Positions 18,793 through 27,392 of a stretch of DNA of 32,566 nt are shown here, one piece after another. Position 1 is the first letter of the stretch. Every line of letters starts with the position of its first letter. Below the pieces are notes generated by a model. That model was not told the DNA's origin, made no database searches, and saw only the letters and a program-made list of their open reading frames with translations. The stretch is from a virus. Its lineage: Duplodnaviria > Caudoviricetes. Position numbers and translations under genes: made by a program. The stretch lies in IMG/VR virus record IMGVR_UViG_3300045980_000063, positions 1-32,566 of that record; one strand, 5' to 3'.

Positions 18793-19184
18793 CAGTACTG
18801 CACCTCCCAGTCGATGCCGGGACAGCCACGGAGGATCTCTGAGACCTCCGGCGAGACGCGCGCCTCCTGCTTCGTGCGAGCGTCGACGACGCCCGAGCCA
18901 CCGGGGAGCGAGACAGAGAGGATCGAGCCTCCCCCAGACTGTGCGCCAGCGCCGTTCTCATCTCCGGTGTCCGCCCAGAACTTCAACTGCGCGATCGTCG
19001 CGTCCTGGACCGCCTCGACGACGTCGCTGCTGGTGGGGCGCCCGTCGGCGTCCACGTCGAACCGGGCGGTCTTGAGCTCGGTGCTCACGCGGCGGCTCGC
19101 GGATCGGATCGCGCGCGGCAAGTCGTCGAACGATGCGCCCACGGTCTCCGGGACCTCCGCCTCGTCGATGAAGGGGAACCACAC
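18792..19184 (-). CDS. Head-to-tail adaptor
   Basis: GTG start after GAGGAG. AIRSASRRV...VQDATIAQ motif. Confidence 0.72.
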   Translation of the reverse strand: MWFPFIDEAEVPETVGASFDDLPRAIRSASRRVSTELKTARFDVDADGRPTSSDVVEAVQDATIAQLKFWADTGDENGAGAQSGGGSILSVSLPGGSGVVDARTKQEARVSPEVSEILRGCPGIDWEVQY

Positions 19185-19186
19185 GG

Positions 19187-19489
19187 CTACTCCTCGTCGA
19201 CGGCGCGCGCCGACTCGAGCGCGCCGATGATGTCGGCCTTCCTCGCCCGAGCGGGCACGTCGATGCCCTCGGTCTCCGCGATATCGCGCAGGTCGGGCAC
19301 GTTGAGCGTCTGCAGGTCGACCTGCGCGGGTGCCGCGGCGTCGCCATCGGCGATGGTCGCGCCGACGACCTCGAAGTAGCGGCGAGTGCTCGACGCGAGG
19401 CGCTCGACGGTAGCTGTGCCGCCCGTGAAGCGGATGCCAGCGAGCACTCGGTCGCCGGCAAGACGAGCGGGAAGTGAGATGGTGACCAT
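19187..19489 (-). CDS. Small protein with C-terminal Rho-N/HeH-like helical domain
   Basis: LNVPDLRDIAETEGIDVPARARKADII. Confidence 0.65.
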   Translation of the reverse strand: MVTISLPARLAGDRVLAGIRFTGGTATVERLASSTRRYFEVVGATIADGDAAAPAQVDLQTLNVPDLRDIAETEGIDVPARARKADIIGALESARAVDEE

Positions 19490-19546
19490 GATGACCTCCA
19501 GAGGGTGAGGGTGGTCGGCGTGCGAACACGCCGACCACCTGCCGAG

Positions 19547-19948
19547 CTACTCGGCGGACTTGGTGAGAACCGCGACCTTCTCGGCCTTGTTGGTGTTGGC
19601 GGGGAACTTGGTGCCCCGTTCGGCGGCGTACGCGTCGAGCTGCTCGTGCGTCCACTCGACGGTCGGGGCAGGAGCGGCATCGTCGAGGGTGTGCTCGCGT
19701 TCGACGCCATCGGCGGGCGCGTCGACAGCGTCCTTCTGGTCGCCGTCGCTGGTCTGGGCCTGACCCGAACCACCGTCGCCGGTGGGGTTCTCGGCGGCGC
19801 GCGCTGCGGCGGCGAGCTCCTCGTCGGACGGGGACGGGGTGGCGGGGACCGGAACCTGTCGCCATCGGGCGAGCACGGCGAGGTCGGGGCGCGGGTCGTC
19901 GCTGATGACGACCTGGCCGGACGAGACGTTCTGATAGGCGGGTGCCAT
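19547..19948 (-). CDS. Small acidic protein with C-terminal HeH/LEM-like domain
   Basis: WTHEQLDAYAAERGTKFPANTNKAEKV. GAAGGAG RBS before MAPAYQ. Confidence 0.65.
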   Translation of the reverse strand: MAPAYQNVSSGQVVISDDPRPDLAVLARWRQVPVPATPSPSDEELAAAARAAENPTGDGGSGQAQTSDGDQKDAVDAPADGVEREHTLDDAAPAPTVEWTHEQLDAYAAERGTKFPANTNKAEKVAVLTKSAE

Positions 19949-19969
19949 GATCTTGCTCTCCTTCGTGAC

Positions 19970-20003
19970 GGAAGGCCGCCCAGCCAAAGCCGGGCGGCCT
20001 TCC
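19970..20003 (-). terminator. Hairpin downstream of the capsid gene
   Basis: GGAAGGCCGCCC...GGGCGGCCTTCC 12-bp inverted repeat. Confidence 0.6.
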
Positions 20004-20010
20004 TGGCGGG

Positions 20011-20922
20011 TCAGGCCGCGTCCGCGCCCTTGATGAGAACCGCGCGGTTCGGGTCGAGCGTCTTCACGCCGTACAGGACGTCGAGGGAGACGACGTCCTT
20101 CTTGAGCTTGATGTCGTAGTCGAAGACGACGCGGATGCCGAAGCCCTTGTAGCCCTCGATCGCCGCGTCCTGCGCGCCGTACGGGAGCTCGAGCTGGCGA
20201 GTGACGAGCGCCGCGGCCGTGCGGTGGAACGCCACGGACACCTCGGTGGTCGGCGCGCCGGGCGCGGGCTCCGCGGCCGGCTGACCGATGTTCTGCGACA
20301 TGTAGGCGTCGAAGCCGAACACGTCGGAACCGATCGAGCCCTGGCGCAGGCCAGCGGTGCTGCCGGAACGGTCAGCGCGCTTCAGCAGGTCGTTCGCGAG
20401 CCACTTACCGCGCGTGCGGGGACCGGTGATCACGCGGCGGTCGACCTGCGGGACGTTGTTCACGTCCAGCTCGACGCCCGCCTGGATCAGCGCCTCGGGC
20501 TCGTCCCAGAGGGAACCAGCCTCCGTGCCGACCTCGGTCGTGATGTCGCTGCGGAAGGCGAGCACGTCGCGGTCGATCTTCTGCGAGATCGCCTCCAGCG
20601 CCGGGTTGAGGAGCTGCTCGCGGAAGTCCTCCAGTTCCAGCGTGCGCTGGCGGGAGGTGATCGCGAACGACACGTCGGCGTGGTGGTTCAGCTTCACCGG
20701 GATGCCGTTCTCAGTGGCGTCCTGGATGTTGATGCCGGTGACGGGATCGAACTCCTCCGCCTCGAACACCGCGGGCTCGCGGATGGTGATGGTGTCACCG
20801 ACCGCTCCGACGAACTCGGACGAGTAGTCACGGTGCACGAGCTGCGCGGCGACCGTGTTCTCGTAGAGGGTCGCGAGCGCGGCGCGGGCGATGCGACTCG
20901 GGGTGAGCAGGGTGTTTGCCAT
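20011..20922 (-). CDS. Major capsid protein (P22 coat-like family)
   Basis: MANTLLTP...VHRDYSSEF..GDTITIR, and C-terminal SLDVLYGVKTLDP. Confidence 0.92.
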   Translation of the reverse strand: MANTLLTPSRIARAALATLYENTVAAQLVHRDYSSEFVGAVGDTITIREPAVFEAEEFDPVTGINIQDATENGIPVKLNHHADVSFAITSRQRTLELEDFREQLLNPALEAISQKIDRDVLAFRSDITTEVGTEAGSLWDEPEALIQAGVELDVNNVPQVDRRVITGPRTRGKWLANDLLKRADRSGSTAGLRQGSIGSDVFGFDAYMSQNIGQPAAEPAPGAPTTEVSVAFHRTAAALVTRQLELPYGAQDAAIEGYKGFGIRVVFDYDIKLKKDVVSLDVLYGVKTLDPNRAVLIKGADAA

Positions 20923-20943
20923 GAAGGTGGCCCTTTCTGTTGA

Positions 20944-21702
20944 TCAGTCCTGCCCGCGCGACTTTCGGTACGACGCGCGCAGGGAATCGATGTCGTCCGG
21001 GTCGGCGGAAGTGCCGCCGGACGGTGCGGGATTGCCGTTGCTGGATCGGGGGGCCACCTGGACCTTCCGGGCGAACGGGTTCTGCTCGACCGCTTCCTTC
21101 ACGGTGCGCTCCACCTCGGAGGCGTAGTTGTCGGCGGTCGGATCAAGGGTCGCGAGGGCGGCCTTGACGTCTTCGAGGCGCAGGAGGATACCGGCGTCGG
21201 CACCGAGCGCATCAGCGTGGCGGAGCACGGCGTTCTCGGTGCGGAGAGCGAGATTCTCAGCCTGCGCGGCGGTCAGAGTGGAGTCCTTCGCCTGCAGCGC
21301 GGAGGTGAGGCCGTCGACCGTGGGCGGCTCGTCGTCCTTGACGACACCGAGCTGCTTCCCGAACTCGCGGTACGCCTCTTCCTTCGCGCGCTGCGCAGCA
21401 GCAGCCTCGGCGTCCTGCACCGCCTTGTCGCGCTTCGCGCGCTCGGCGTCGAGGTCGGCCTTCTGCGCCTGGATCTTCCGCCAGGCGCGCTCCTGGTCGA
21501 AGTCCTCGGCCTTCCACGGCGGGGTGTCCTCGACGGGCTTCTCTTCCGCGGGGTTTGGTGCGGAAGCGGGGGCCGGTTCCTCGGCGGGAGGCGTCTCGAC
21601 GGGCCCGCCGCCCTCGCCCTCCACGGGCGCGAAGTAGCGCAGGAACGGGCGGTGCCACGCGGGCGCAGGGAGGCTGCCGAGGTGCGGACGAACGATGGAC
21701 AT
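20944..21702 (-). CDS. Scaffolding protein
   Basis: Acidic/Pro-rich N-terminus plus coiled coil, directly before capsid. GAAGGAG RBS before MSIVRP. Confidence 0.8.
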   Translation of the reverse strand: MSIVRPHLGSLPAPAWHRPFLRYFAPVEGEGGGPVETPPAEEPAPASAPNPAEEKPVEDTPPWKAEDFDQERAWRKIQAQKADLDAERAKRDKAVQDAEAAAAQRAKEEAYREFGKQLGVVKDDEPPTVDGLTSALQAKDSTLTAAQAENLALRTENAVLRHADALGADAGILLRLEDVKAALATLDPTADNYASEVERTVKEAVEQNPFARKVQVAPRSSNGNPAPSGGTSADPDDIDSLRASYRKSRGQD

Positions 21703-21856
21703 GGGTGTCTCCTTCACACCGGCCGCCTGGGCCGGATCGGTGGTTCTCGCCGACGCGGCGAGAGGGCTGGAACCGCGCGAGCTGGCGCGGTATGATGGGC
21801 GGTGAAGGCGGCAGGCAGTTCACATTTCGGACAGCCCAGCCGCCTTCGCCGTGCGG

Positions 21857-23449
21857 TCAGCGGGTCAGCCGCGTGACGGTGCCGTCGCGAGCGATGTGGA
21901 TCAGCCCGACGAACCACGGGAACGCCGCGAATCGGCGGCGCAGCTCGTCGAGTACTGCCGTGTCGTCGAGCGGCGTGCGGGAGTTGTCGATGACGACCCG
22001 GTGCGCGCCCTGCTCCTTCGCGCGGTGCAGCTGGTTCGAGATGGTGCTCTTGCCGGCGCCCTGTGGGCTCTTGATCTCCCACAGCTCGCTGTCGATCGTC
22101 ACGTCGATGTTCTTGACGTGCTGTCCGTTGACCAACTCCCGGAACCGCACGCGCAGGCCTACGTCAGCGAGGCGTTCAGCGGAGCGGATCTCGTGGTCGT
22201 GCACGACCATCCCGTCCGGCACGAACGGCGCGACTCGCGCCGGACCTGGCACGCGCGGCAGGACCGTGTCACGGAAGCCGCCACCTTCAGGCCCGCGACC
22301 GTCAGCGAAGTGCACCTGCGCGCGCTCGTACCGGCGGGTCTGTCCGGACTCGCGGACGTGCTGGCGGGTCTCGGCCTGGATGTCGAGGATGCGGCGGCGC
22401 TGGCGGCGCGCTTTCTCATCGTCGCCGGCGGCGTCAGCGATGAGCAGCTTCCGCTTCGCGTCCCGCTCCCGCACCTCCAGCTCGCGGAGCCGGTCGCGGG
22501 CGGCGTGCGCTGCCGGGTCGTAGCCGGATGCCGCGGTCGGGATGGAGAAGCCGGGCAAGTACTCGACGACGGTGCATGTGCAGTTCGGGTGGCCCGCGCC
22601 GGAGGCTCGCCAGTCGTCGAGCGTCCCGGCGACGTCAACGGTGATTATCTCGTCACGGAACGAGTGCGGCACCTGCCGAGGCCCAGTTGGCCCAGACGTG
22701 GCGATGATCTTCCCGAACCACGGAGCGCAGTGGTCGCACGCGTTCCGGCCCCCGAGGATCGAGAACAGGTCGATGCCCAACTGCTGCGCGCGGTGCACCT
22801 TCGCGTCCGTGTAGGCGCGGGACACGGCCGTGCGGGTCGCCATCTCGGCGTAGGTGCCGATCCGCCAGCGCCGGCCGGCGATATCGGTGAACCCGGTGAC
22901 GCCGCGCTCGAGGAATCGCTGCAGGGCGAGCTTGCGGGCGTCGCGCGTAGACGAGCCGAGCGGCACCATCGGCGCGGTGTCCGCAATGACCTGCTGGTAC
23001 ACGTCGCCGCCGACGATGAACTCGCCCATCGCGTCCCGCGGGTAGCGGAGGATCCGCGCGCGCATGTCCGTGAACCGGTTCCCCAGGTCGTAGGCCATGA
23101 GCGACGCGGCCAGCACATGCTGGTCGGTGAGCATCGTTACCGGCGGGACGGACGGCAGCGCCACGACGGCCGCGGCGCCCTCCCGAGCGGCGCGCGCGAT
23201 GACCTCCTCCGCCCACTCGCGGTTCATGCCCGCTGTGAGCTCCGCGGCGTGCGCTTCCAGCTCCCGGACGATGCTGAGCAGCGCCGTGAGGTCCGCATTG
23301 TCCGGCAGTTCCCGGATGAGGCGGCGGGCGATCTCCGCGACGAGCCGAGACTCGGCCTCCTGGAAGACACCCGCCACCTGCATCCCGATGCGGTACAGCA
23401 GCGCCTCGACGTCGTCGTGCTCGGGAACGAAGGGGCGAGGCATGGTCAC
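21857..23449 (-). CDS. MuF-type minor head protein with C-terminal PD-(D/E)xK nuclease (CdiA-CT tRNase-like) domain
   Basis: N-terminal GRRWRIGTYAEMATRT...C..C.PW.GKI...HPNC.C. C-terminal HEIRSA..LA..G...KNIDVTIDSELWEIKSP...RAKEQ..RVVID. Confidence 0.85.
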   Translation of the reverse strand: MTMPRPFVPEHDDVEALLYRIGMQVAGVFQEAESRLVAEIARRLIRELPDNADLTALLSIVRELEAHAAELTAGMNREWAEEVIARAAREGAAAVVALPSVPPVTMLTDQHVLAASLMAYDLGNRFTDMRARILRYPRDAMGEFIVGGDVYQQVIADTAPMVPLGSSTRDARKLALQRFLERGVTGFTDIAGRRWRIGTYAEMATRTAVSRAYTDAKVHRAQQLGIDLFSILGGRNACDHCAPWFGKIIATSGPTGPRQVPHSFRDEIITVDVAGTLDDWRASGAGHPNCTCTVVEYLPGFSIPTAASGYDPAAHAARDRLRELEVRERDAKRKLLIADAAGDDEKARRQRRRILDIQAETRQHVRESGQTRRYERAQVHFADGRGPEGGGFRDTVLPRVPGPARVAPFVPDGMVVHDHEIRSAERLADVGLRVRFRELVNGQHVKNIDVTIDSELWEIKSPQGAGKSTISNQLHRAKEQGAHRVVIDNSRTPLDDTAVLDELRRRFAAFPWFVGLIHIARDGTVTRLTR

Positions 23450-23456
23450 CTCCTGC

Positions 23457-25094
23457 TCAGGCGTCGTCCTCGTCGGGCTCGTCTGCCTGGCCGCGAGCCA
23501 TGCGCTCCCGCATCCGGTCGATGTCTGCCTGTGTCGGCGTCGTGGCGTCGTTCACCGTGCCGACCGCGGTCGGGTCCGCGGCCTGCCCGATGCCGTACTC
23601 GTGCTTGATGCGTTCGACCTCAGAATTGACGGTCTCGCCGTCCCACTCGGGGTGCTGTGCTCGCACGCGTGTCTCGATCGACGCGGACTGCGCCGCGAAG
23701 AGCATCTGGTTCGTGCGGGCCATCGACTCCTGATCCGCCTGCGCCTCGGCCGGGAAACGGAACTCGGGGGCCTCCTGAGGTGGCGTGCCGCCGTAGAGCT
23801 GGGCGTCGAGTTGCAGCCACGTGAGGAAGAACTCGCTGAGCGCGCCCTTCCAGTAGTTCGCCTTCTTGTCGCGTGTGCGCTCGCTCAGGCGCTCGTCGGC
23901 CTTGATCTCCGTCGCGGTGCGCATCCCGGACGCTTCGCCGCCGGCGGAACCGGGCGTCCACCCGGCCGTCCGCATCGCCTGGTCGCGCAGCTCCTTGACC
24001 GTCGCGGCGTGCTCCTCGACGCGGATCTCGAACTGGTGAGCGTGGAACCCGAACGGTTCGCCGCTCGGGCCGGTGAGCGCCTTCACGCCCTCGTAGACCT
24101 CGCGGTCGTAGTCGAAGCTCGCGCCGCCGCCGAACCCGTTCGACTGGAGATACTCCTGGGCGACGACGATGCGTGCCTTCGCCAGCCGGATATCCCGCAT
24201 CCACGACGACCACGCCTCGTCGATCGCGTCGAACAGTTGCACGATGTCCGCGAAGTCGGACTGGCCGAGCATCGTCAGCGCCGGATCCTTCCGGAACCGC
24301 TTGTTCGGACGCATGTTCGGGATGTACGCGGCCGTGAGACCCTCCACACCCGTCGGCAGACCCGACTCCGCGTCGACGAGCCCAGCAAGCCATTCCGTCT
24401 CCGGGCGCTCATCGAGCGGCACGCGCCGGCCGAGCTTCGCCGCGGTGCCCTCGTAGAGACCGTGCTCGATCCGACCCCGCGTGTGCAGCTCCAGGTGCCG
24501 GAACACGACGCCGTCGTTCTCACCCTTGTACTCGGTGAAGAACGTCACCTCGTGGAGGTCGCCGTAGCGGAACGAGGGGATGCCGGCATCGGCGTGCACC
24601 GCCTCGGCGCGGACCTCCTTCAGGTCTTCCTGCGACCAGACGAGGCGGAGGAACGTGCCGCCGAGTGCCGACGACACCTCACCGGATTCAAGCAGCAGGG
24701 AGTGGAAGCGGGGCGTGTTGATGATCTTCTCGACGCGCTCCTGCATCTTGTCGCGGGGGCTGTCACCGTTCTTGCTGCGCTCGCCGGGCAGCACGACGCG
24801 AGGCGCTTCACCGAACAGCATGTCAGCGGAGAGCGTGGCGATGTCGGCGGGCAGCGGGATGTGCATGCGCGCGCGGTTCTCGCCGCCGCGCTGCGGCTTG
24901 CCAAGCCAGGCGCGGGCACCGAACCCGACGAGCCCACCGTTGAGCTGCGCGGGGTGCGAGATCGGCTTGTTCGCGTACGTCGAGGTCAGCTTGTCGACGT
25001 CGCCGACGTACCAGTCGTCGAACACGGACAGCGCATCGAAGTACGGCTCGAAGGCCTTGACGGGCCAGTCGATGTTCCGGTCGGGGAGCGGCAC
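23457..25094 (-). CDS. Portal protein
   Basis: 545 aa. HIPLPADIATLSADMLFGE, YIPNMRP, LGQSDF and RTATEI motifs of SPP1/A118-like portals. Confidence 0.92.
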   Translation of the reverse strand: MPLPDRNIDWPVKAFEPYFDALSVFDDWYVGDVDKLTSTYANKPISHPAQLNGGLVGFGARAWLGKPQRGGENRARMHIPLPADIATLSADMLFGEAPRVVLPGERSKNGDSPRDKMQERVEKIINTPRFHSLLLESGEVSSALGGTFLRLVWSQEDLKEVRAEAVHADAGIPSFRYGDLHEVTFFTEYKGENDGVVFRHLELHTRGRIEHGLYEGTAAKLGRRVPLDERPETEWLAGLVDAESGLPTGVEGLTAAYIPNMRPNKRFRKDPALTMLGQSDFADIVQLFDAIDEAWSSWMRDIRLAKARIVVAQEYLQSNGFGGGASFDYDREVYEGVKALTGPSGEPFGFHAHQFEIRVEEHAATVKELRDQAMRTAGWTPGSAGGEASGMRTATEIKADERLSERTRDKKANYWKGALSEFFLTWLQLDAQLYGGTPPQEAPEFRFPAEAQADQESMARTNQMLFAAQSASIETRVRAQHPEWDGETVNSEVERIKHEYGIGQAADPTAVGTVNDATTPTQADIDRMRERMARGQADEPDEDDA

Positions 25095-25097
25095 GGT

Positions 25098-25196
25098 TCA
25101 CTCCCTTCCGGAGGTGGGGTCGTAGCCGGGGTCACAACACAGCGCCGCGGCGAGCGGATGGGAGTACTGGGAGCCGCAGTTCTCGCACGCGTGCAT
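25098..25196 (-). CDS. 32-aa micro zinc-finger-like peptide (absent from ORF track)
   Basis: GAAGGAG RBS, then MHACENCGSQYSHPLAAALCCDPGYDPTSGRE*. Ends 3 nt before the portal start. Confidence 0.6.
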   Translation of the reverse strand: MHACENCGSQYSHPLAAALCCDPGYDPTSGRE

Positions 25197-25424
25197 GGCG
25201 GCTCCTTCGAGGTAGAGGAGGGGCGCAGGTCTGCCTGGGGTGGAGATCCGACACCCGCCGTAGGGCGGCAGCCTTCGCGGCGTGGGGACGCGTTGACGCC
25301 CCTCCTGGTCTGGTTGGGGAGGACGGGCGGCGGCATCGCCGGCAGCGCCCGTCCTCCGGTGCGCCGTGTTCGTCTTCTCGGGGCGGCGCGCCCCTCACCT
25401 GGGCCGGAGCGAGCCCTGGACGTT

Positions 25425-25676
25425 CTACAGGCCGCTGTCGTCGGACGAGTCCAAGACGTACGTCGTCAGGTCGGCGTCCGCGACAGCGTTCGCGATGGTG
25501 AGTAGGCCCTGAGAGACGACGAACGTCTGCCCTGGTGCGCAGATGACGCCGATCCTCTGCTCGCCGTCGTCATCGATCCACTGCACGACGCCGTACATGC
25601 CGGTGACCATCCCGCCGAGCTCAGCCCCGAGGAGAGCGGTGACCTTCTCGCCGGCGTCCGGCATGTGGAGCGCCAT
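25425..25676 (-). CDS. Hypothetical protein
   Basis: Start MALHMPDAG overlaps the upstream stop (TGATG). Confidence 0.6.
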   Translation of the reverse strand: MALHMPDAGEKVTALLGAELGGMVTGMYGVVQWIDDDGEQRIGVICAPGQTFVVSQGLLTIANAVADADLTTYVLDSSDDSGL

Positions 25677-26236
25677 CAGGCCGCGCCTTCCGGGACGCGG
25701 AGCGCCTTCTCGACGGCGAGCCGCACGGCCTTCTCGTTGGGCGCCGGCGTCATCACGTACACGGTGCCGAGCACGGGCCCCGTCAGATCGTCGCCATCCG
25801 GGATCACCTTCACCAGCACCGTCGCGGTAGCGCGCGGCGCGGTGTCGGTAGGCTCGTACGTCGCCTCGAAGATGTCCGGCTTGCACGGGTAGAACTCGCC
25901 CTGCACACCCCGGATGATCCAGTCGCCCGGGTTCGCGCGGTGCGGACCTCCCAACGTCTCGATCACGAGGAACGCTGGCGCATCCTTCGCCACAGCGCGG
26001 ACGCCCCGCAACCGATCGGGCGACGCGGGGCCGTGCCGATACAGCTCATCGGCATAGCGGAGTGGGTGATCCTCTCCGCTATTCACGTACCGCGCGGTGC
26101 CGTCGTGCGACAGCACCCAATCGATGACCTTCGTCGCGCAGAGCGCTGGCACGTCATGGTTCGACGTGAGGCCGCTGGTCCACTGCATCGCCTCGATCTC
26201 GACCGGCTTCTTCCGGAACCGTTGCGGGGCGCTCAT
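25676..26236 (-). CDS. PGDYG-like phage protein
   Basis: FRKKPVEIEAMQW...IETLGG...PGDWIIRGVQGEFYPCKPDIFEATYE, a widespread phage family motif. Confidence 0.75.
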   Translation of the reverse strand: MSAPQRFRKKPVEIEAMQWTSGLTSNHDVPALCATKVIDWVLSHDGTARYVNSGEDHPLRYADELYRHGPASPDRLRGVRAVAKDAPAFLVIETLGGPHRANPGDWIIRGVQGEFYPCKPDIFEATYEPTDTAPRATATVLVKVIPDGDDLTGPVLGTVYVMTPAPNEKAVRLAVEKALRVPEGAA

Positions 26237-26667
26237 GCGTTAGTCTCCTCGATCTGCCAGCCCTCGGCCTCGATCCGCTCGGCGAGGCGAGCGAGCGCCG
26301 CGTCCGCTCGGGACGCTTCCGCGGCCAGCTCGACGCGCTCGCCGCTGCTGAGACGGCCATCGAGCGTCGCCTCCCACACGGAGACCTGATCCTCGCCCCG
26401 TGCCGCGTACGTGGCGGCGTAGCGGGGCTGGACGCTGATGTCCTCACGACGCACCGTGGTGCGCTGCGGCGGCTTCTCAGGGCGCTCGCCGTTTGCGAAC
26501 TCGCCCCATGCGTCGCGGGTGATCGCGAGGTCGAGATGAACCTTCACACGCACGCGGTTGGAGTCCTCTAAGTGCGGAAGAATCTCGATCCGCTCGTCGA
26601 CTCGGCAGTCCTCGAAGCGGTCGCCGAGCTGGTCGAAGAGGGCGCGGAGGCCCGACGGCGCGGTCAT
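26233..26667 (-). CDS. Hypothetical protein
   Basis: Start MTAPSGLR, ATGA-coupled on both sides. Confidence 0.6.
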   Translation of the reverse strand: MTAPSGLRALFDQLGDRFEDCRVDERIEILPHLEDSNRVRVKVHLDLAITRDAWGEFANGERPEKPPQRTTVRREDISVQPRYAATYAARGEDQVSVWEATLDGRLSSGERVELAAEASRADAALARLAERIEAEGWQIEETNA

Positions 26668-27065
26668 CGTGCGCCTCCCGGGGTTGCGGCGACGATCACG
26701 GGGAACCAGGACAGGAATCCGTTGCGCCAGCCGATGGTCGTCAGCTCGTACGTCTGCCCCTCCTCCAGCGAGGAGAACAGGTCGGCGCTGTTGAACTGGA
26801 ACCGCAGCGGAACGTCTTCGACGCGGAGCACGCCGCACTCGGCGGTCTGCACGCGGTACTCGCTGCTCGACTGCCCCGAGCCGTTGGTGACCTGGATGCT
26901 CGTGGCCCAGTCGGTGCCGGTGACGGTGCAGGTCTGCGTGCGCTCGGTGCCGTAGGCGTAGAAGACGGCCCAGCCGAAGCCGAGCACAGCGATGACGAGG
27001 AACGCCGCCACCGCGGCGAGGCGCGTCCGGCTGCGCGAATGCGCGAGCGCGGTCCGCCTGCTCAT
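26664..27065 (-). CDS. Single-TM exported phage protein
   Basis: TM segment then TCTVTGTD...YRVQTAECGV...FNSADLF..LEEGQTY...GWRNGFLSWFP. Confidence 0.7.
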   Translation of the reverse strand: MSRRTALAHSRSRTRLAAVAAFLVIAVLGFGWAVFYAYGTERTQTCTVTGTDWATSIQVTNGSGQSSSEYRVQTAECGVLRVEDVPLRFQFNSADLFSSLEEGQTYELTTIGWRNGFLSWFPVIVAATPGGAR

Positions 27066-27322
27066 GCGCCCGGCCTGCCGTCGGCGAAGATCGCGCGGTT
27101 CGCGCGCATCGACACGTCCTCGAGGGCCGTGAGCGCGAGCGACTGGTTCCGGCTCGCCGGCGTCAGCTGCTCGATGAGGACGGCGAGCTCGACGACCGCC
27201 TCGTTGATCGTGCGCACGGCGGTGCGCTGCTCGTCGGTCGGCGGCTGGCCGTTCGACGCGGTGAAGAAGCGCGCGCGGGCGCGGTCGTCGGCGGTCGGCT
27301 GGGGGAGCGGGGTGTTCGTCAT
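27062..27322 (-). CDS. Acb2/Tad1-like helical-hairpin protein, putative immune-signal sponge
   Basis: 86 aa. PTDEQ..., and TPASRNQSLALTALEDVSMRANRAI matches the R-x-x-SLA-x-T-x-LE-x-x-x-M-x-AN-x-AI pattern. GAAGGAG RBS. Confidence 0.65.
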   Translation of the reverse strand: MTNTPLPQPTADDRARARFFTASNGQPPTDEQRTAVRTINEAVVELAVLIEQLTPASRNQSLALTALEDVSMRANRAIFADGRPGA

Positions 27323-27392
27323 GGTGATCTCCTTCAGGATGGGGAGGTGGCCCGGCGGGCGCCGGGACGTGGGTTGTCGCTACGCTGAGCGC

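Noticed and set aside
21714-22082. 122-aa ORF as MuF immunity gene
   Set aside because: Mostly overlaps the toxin domain out of frame, has low-complexity Arg/Pro composition and no RBS.
25216-25306. tRNA gene
   Set aside because: Has a closing stem but no TTCGA T-loop or D-loop consensus.
26803-26813. 11-nt match (CGCAGCGGAAC) to the reverse complement of the mini-array spacer
   Set aside because: Too short; expected by chance in GC-rich DNA. No full self-target was seen by eye.
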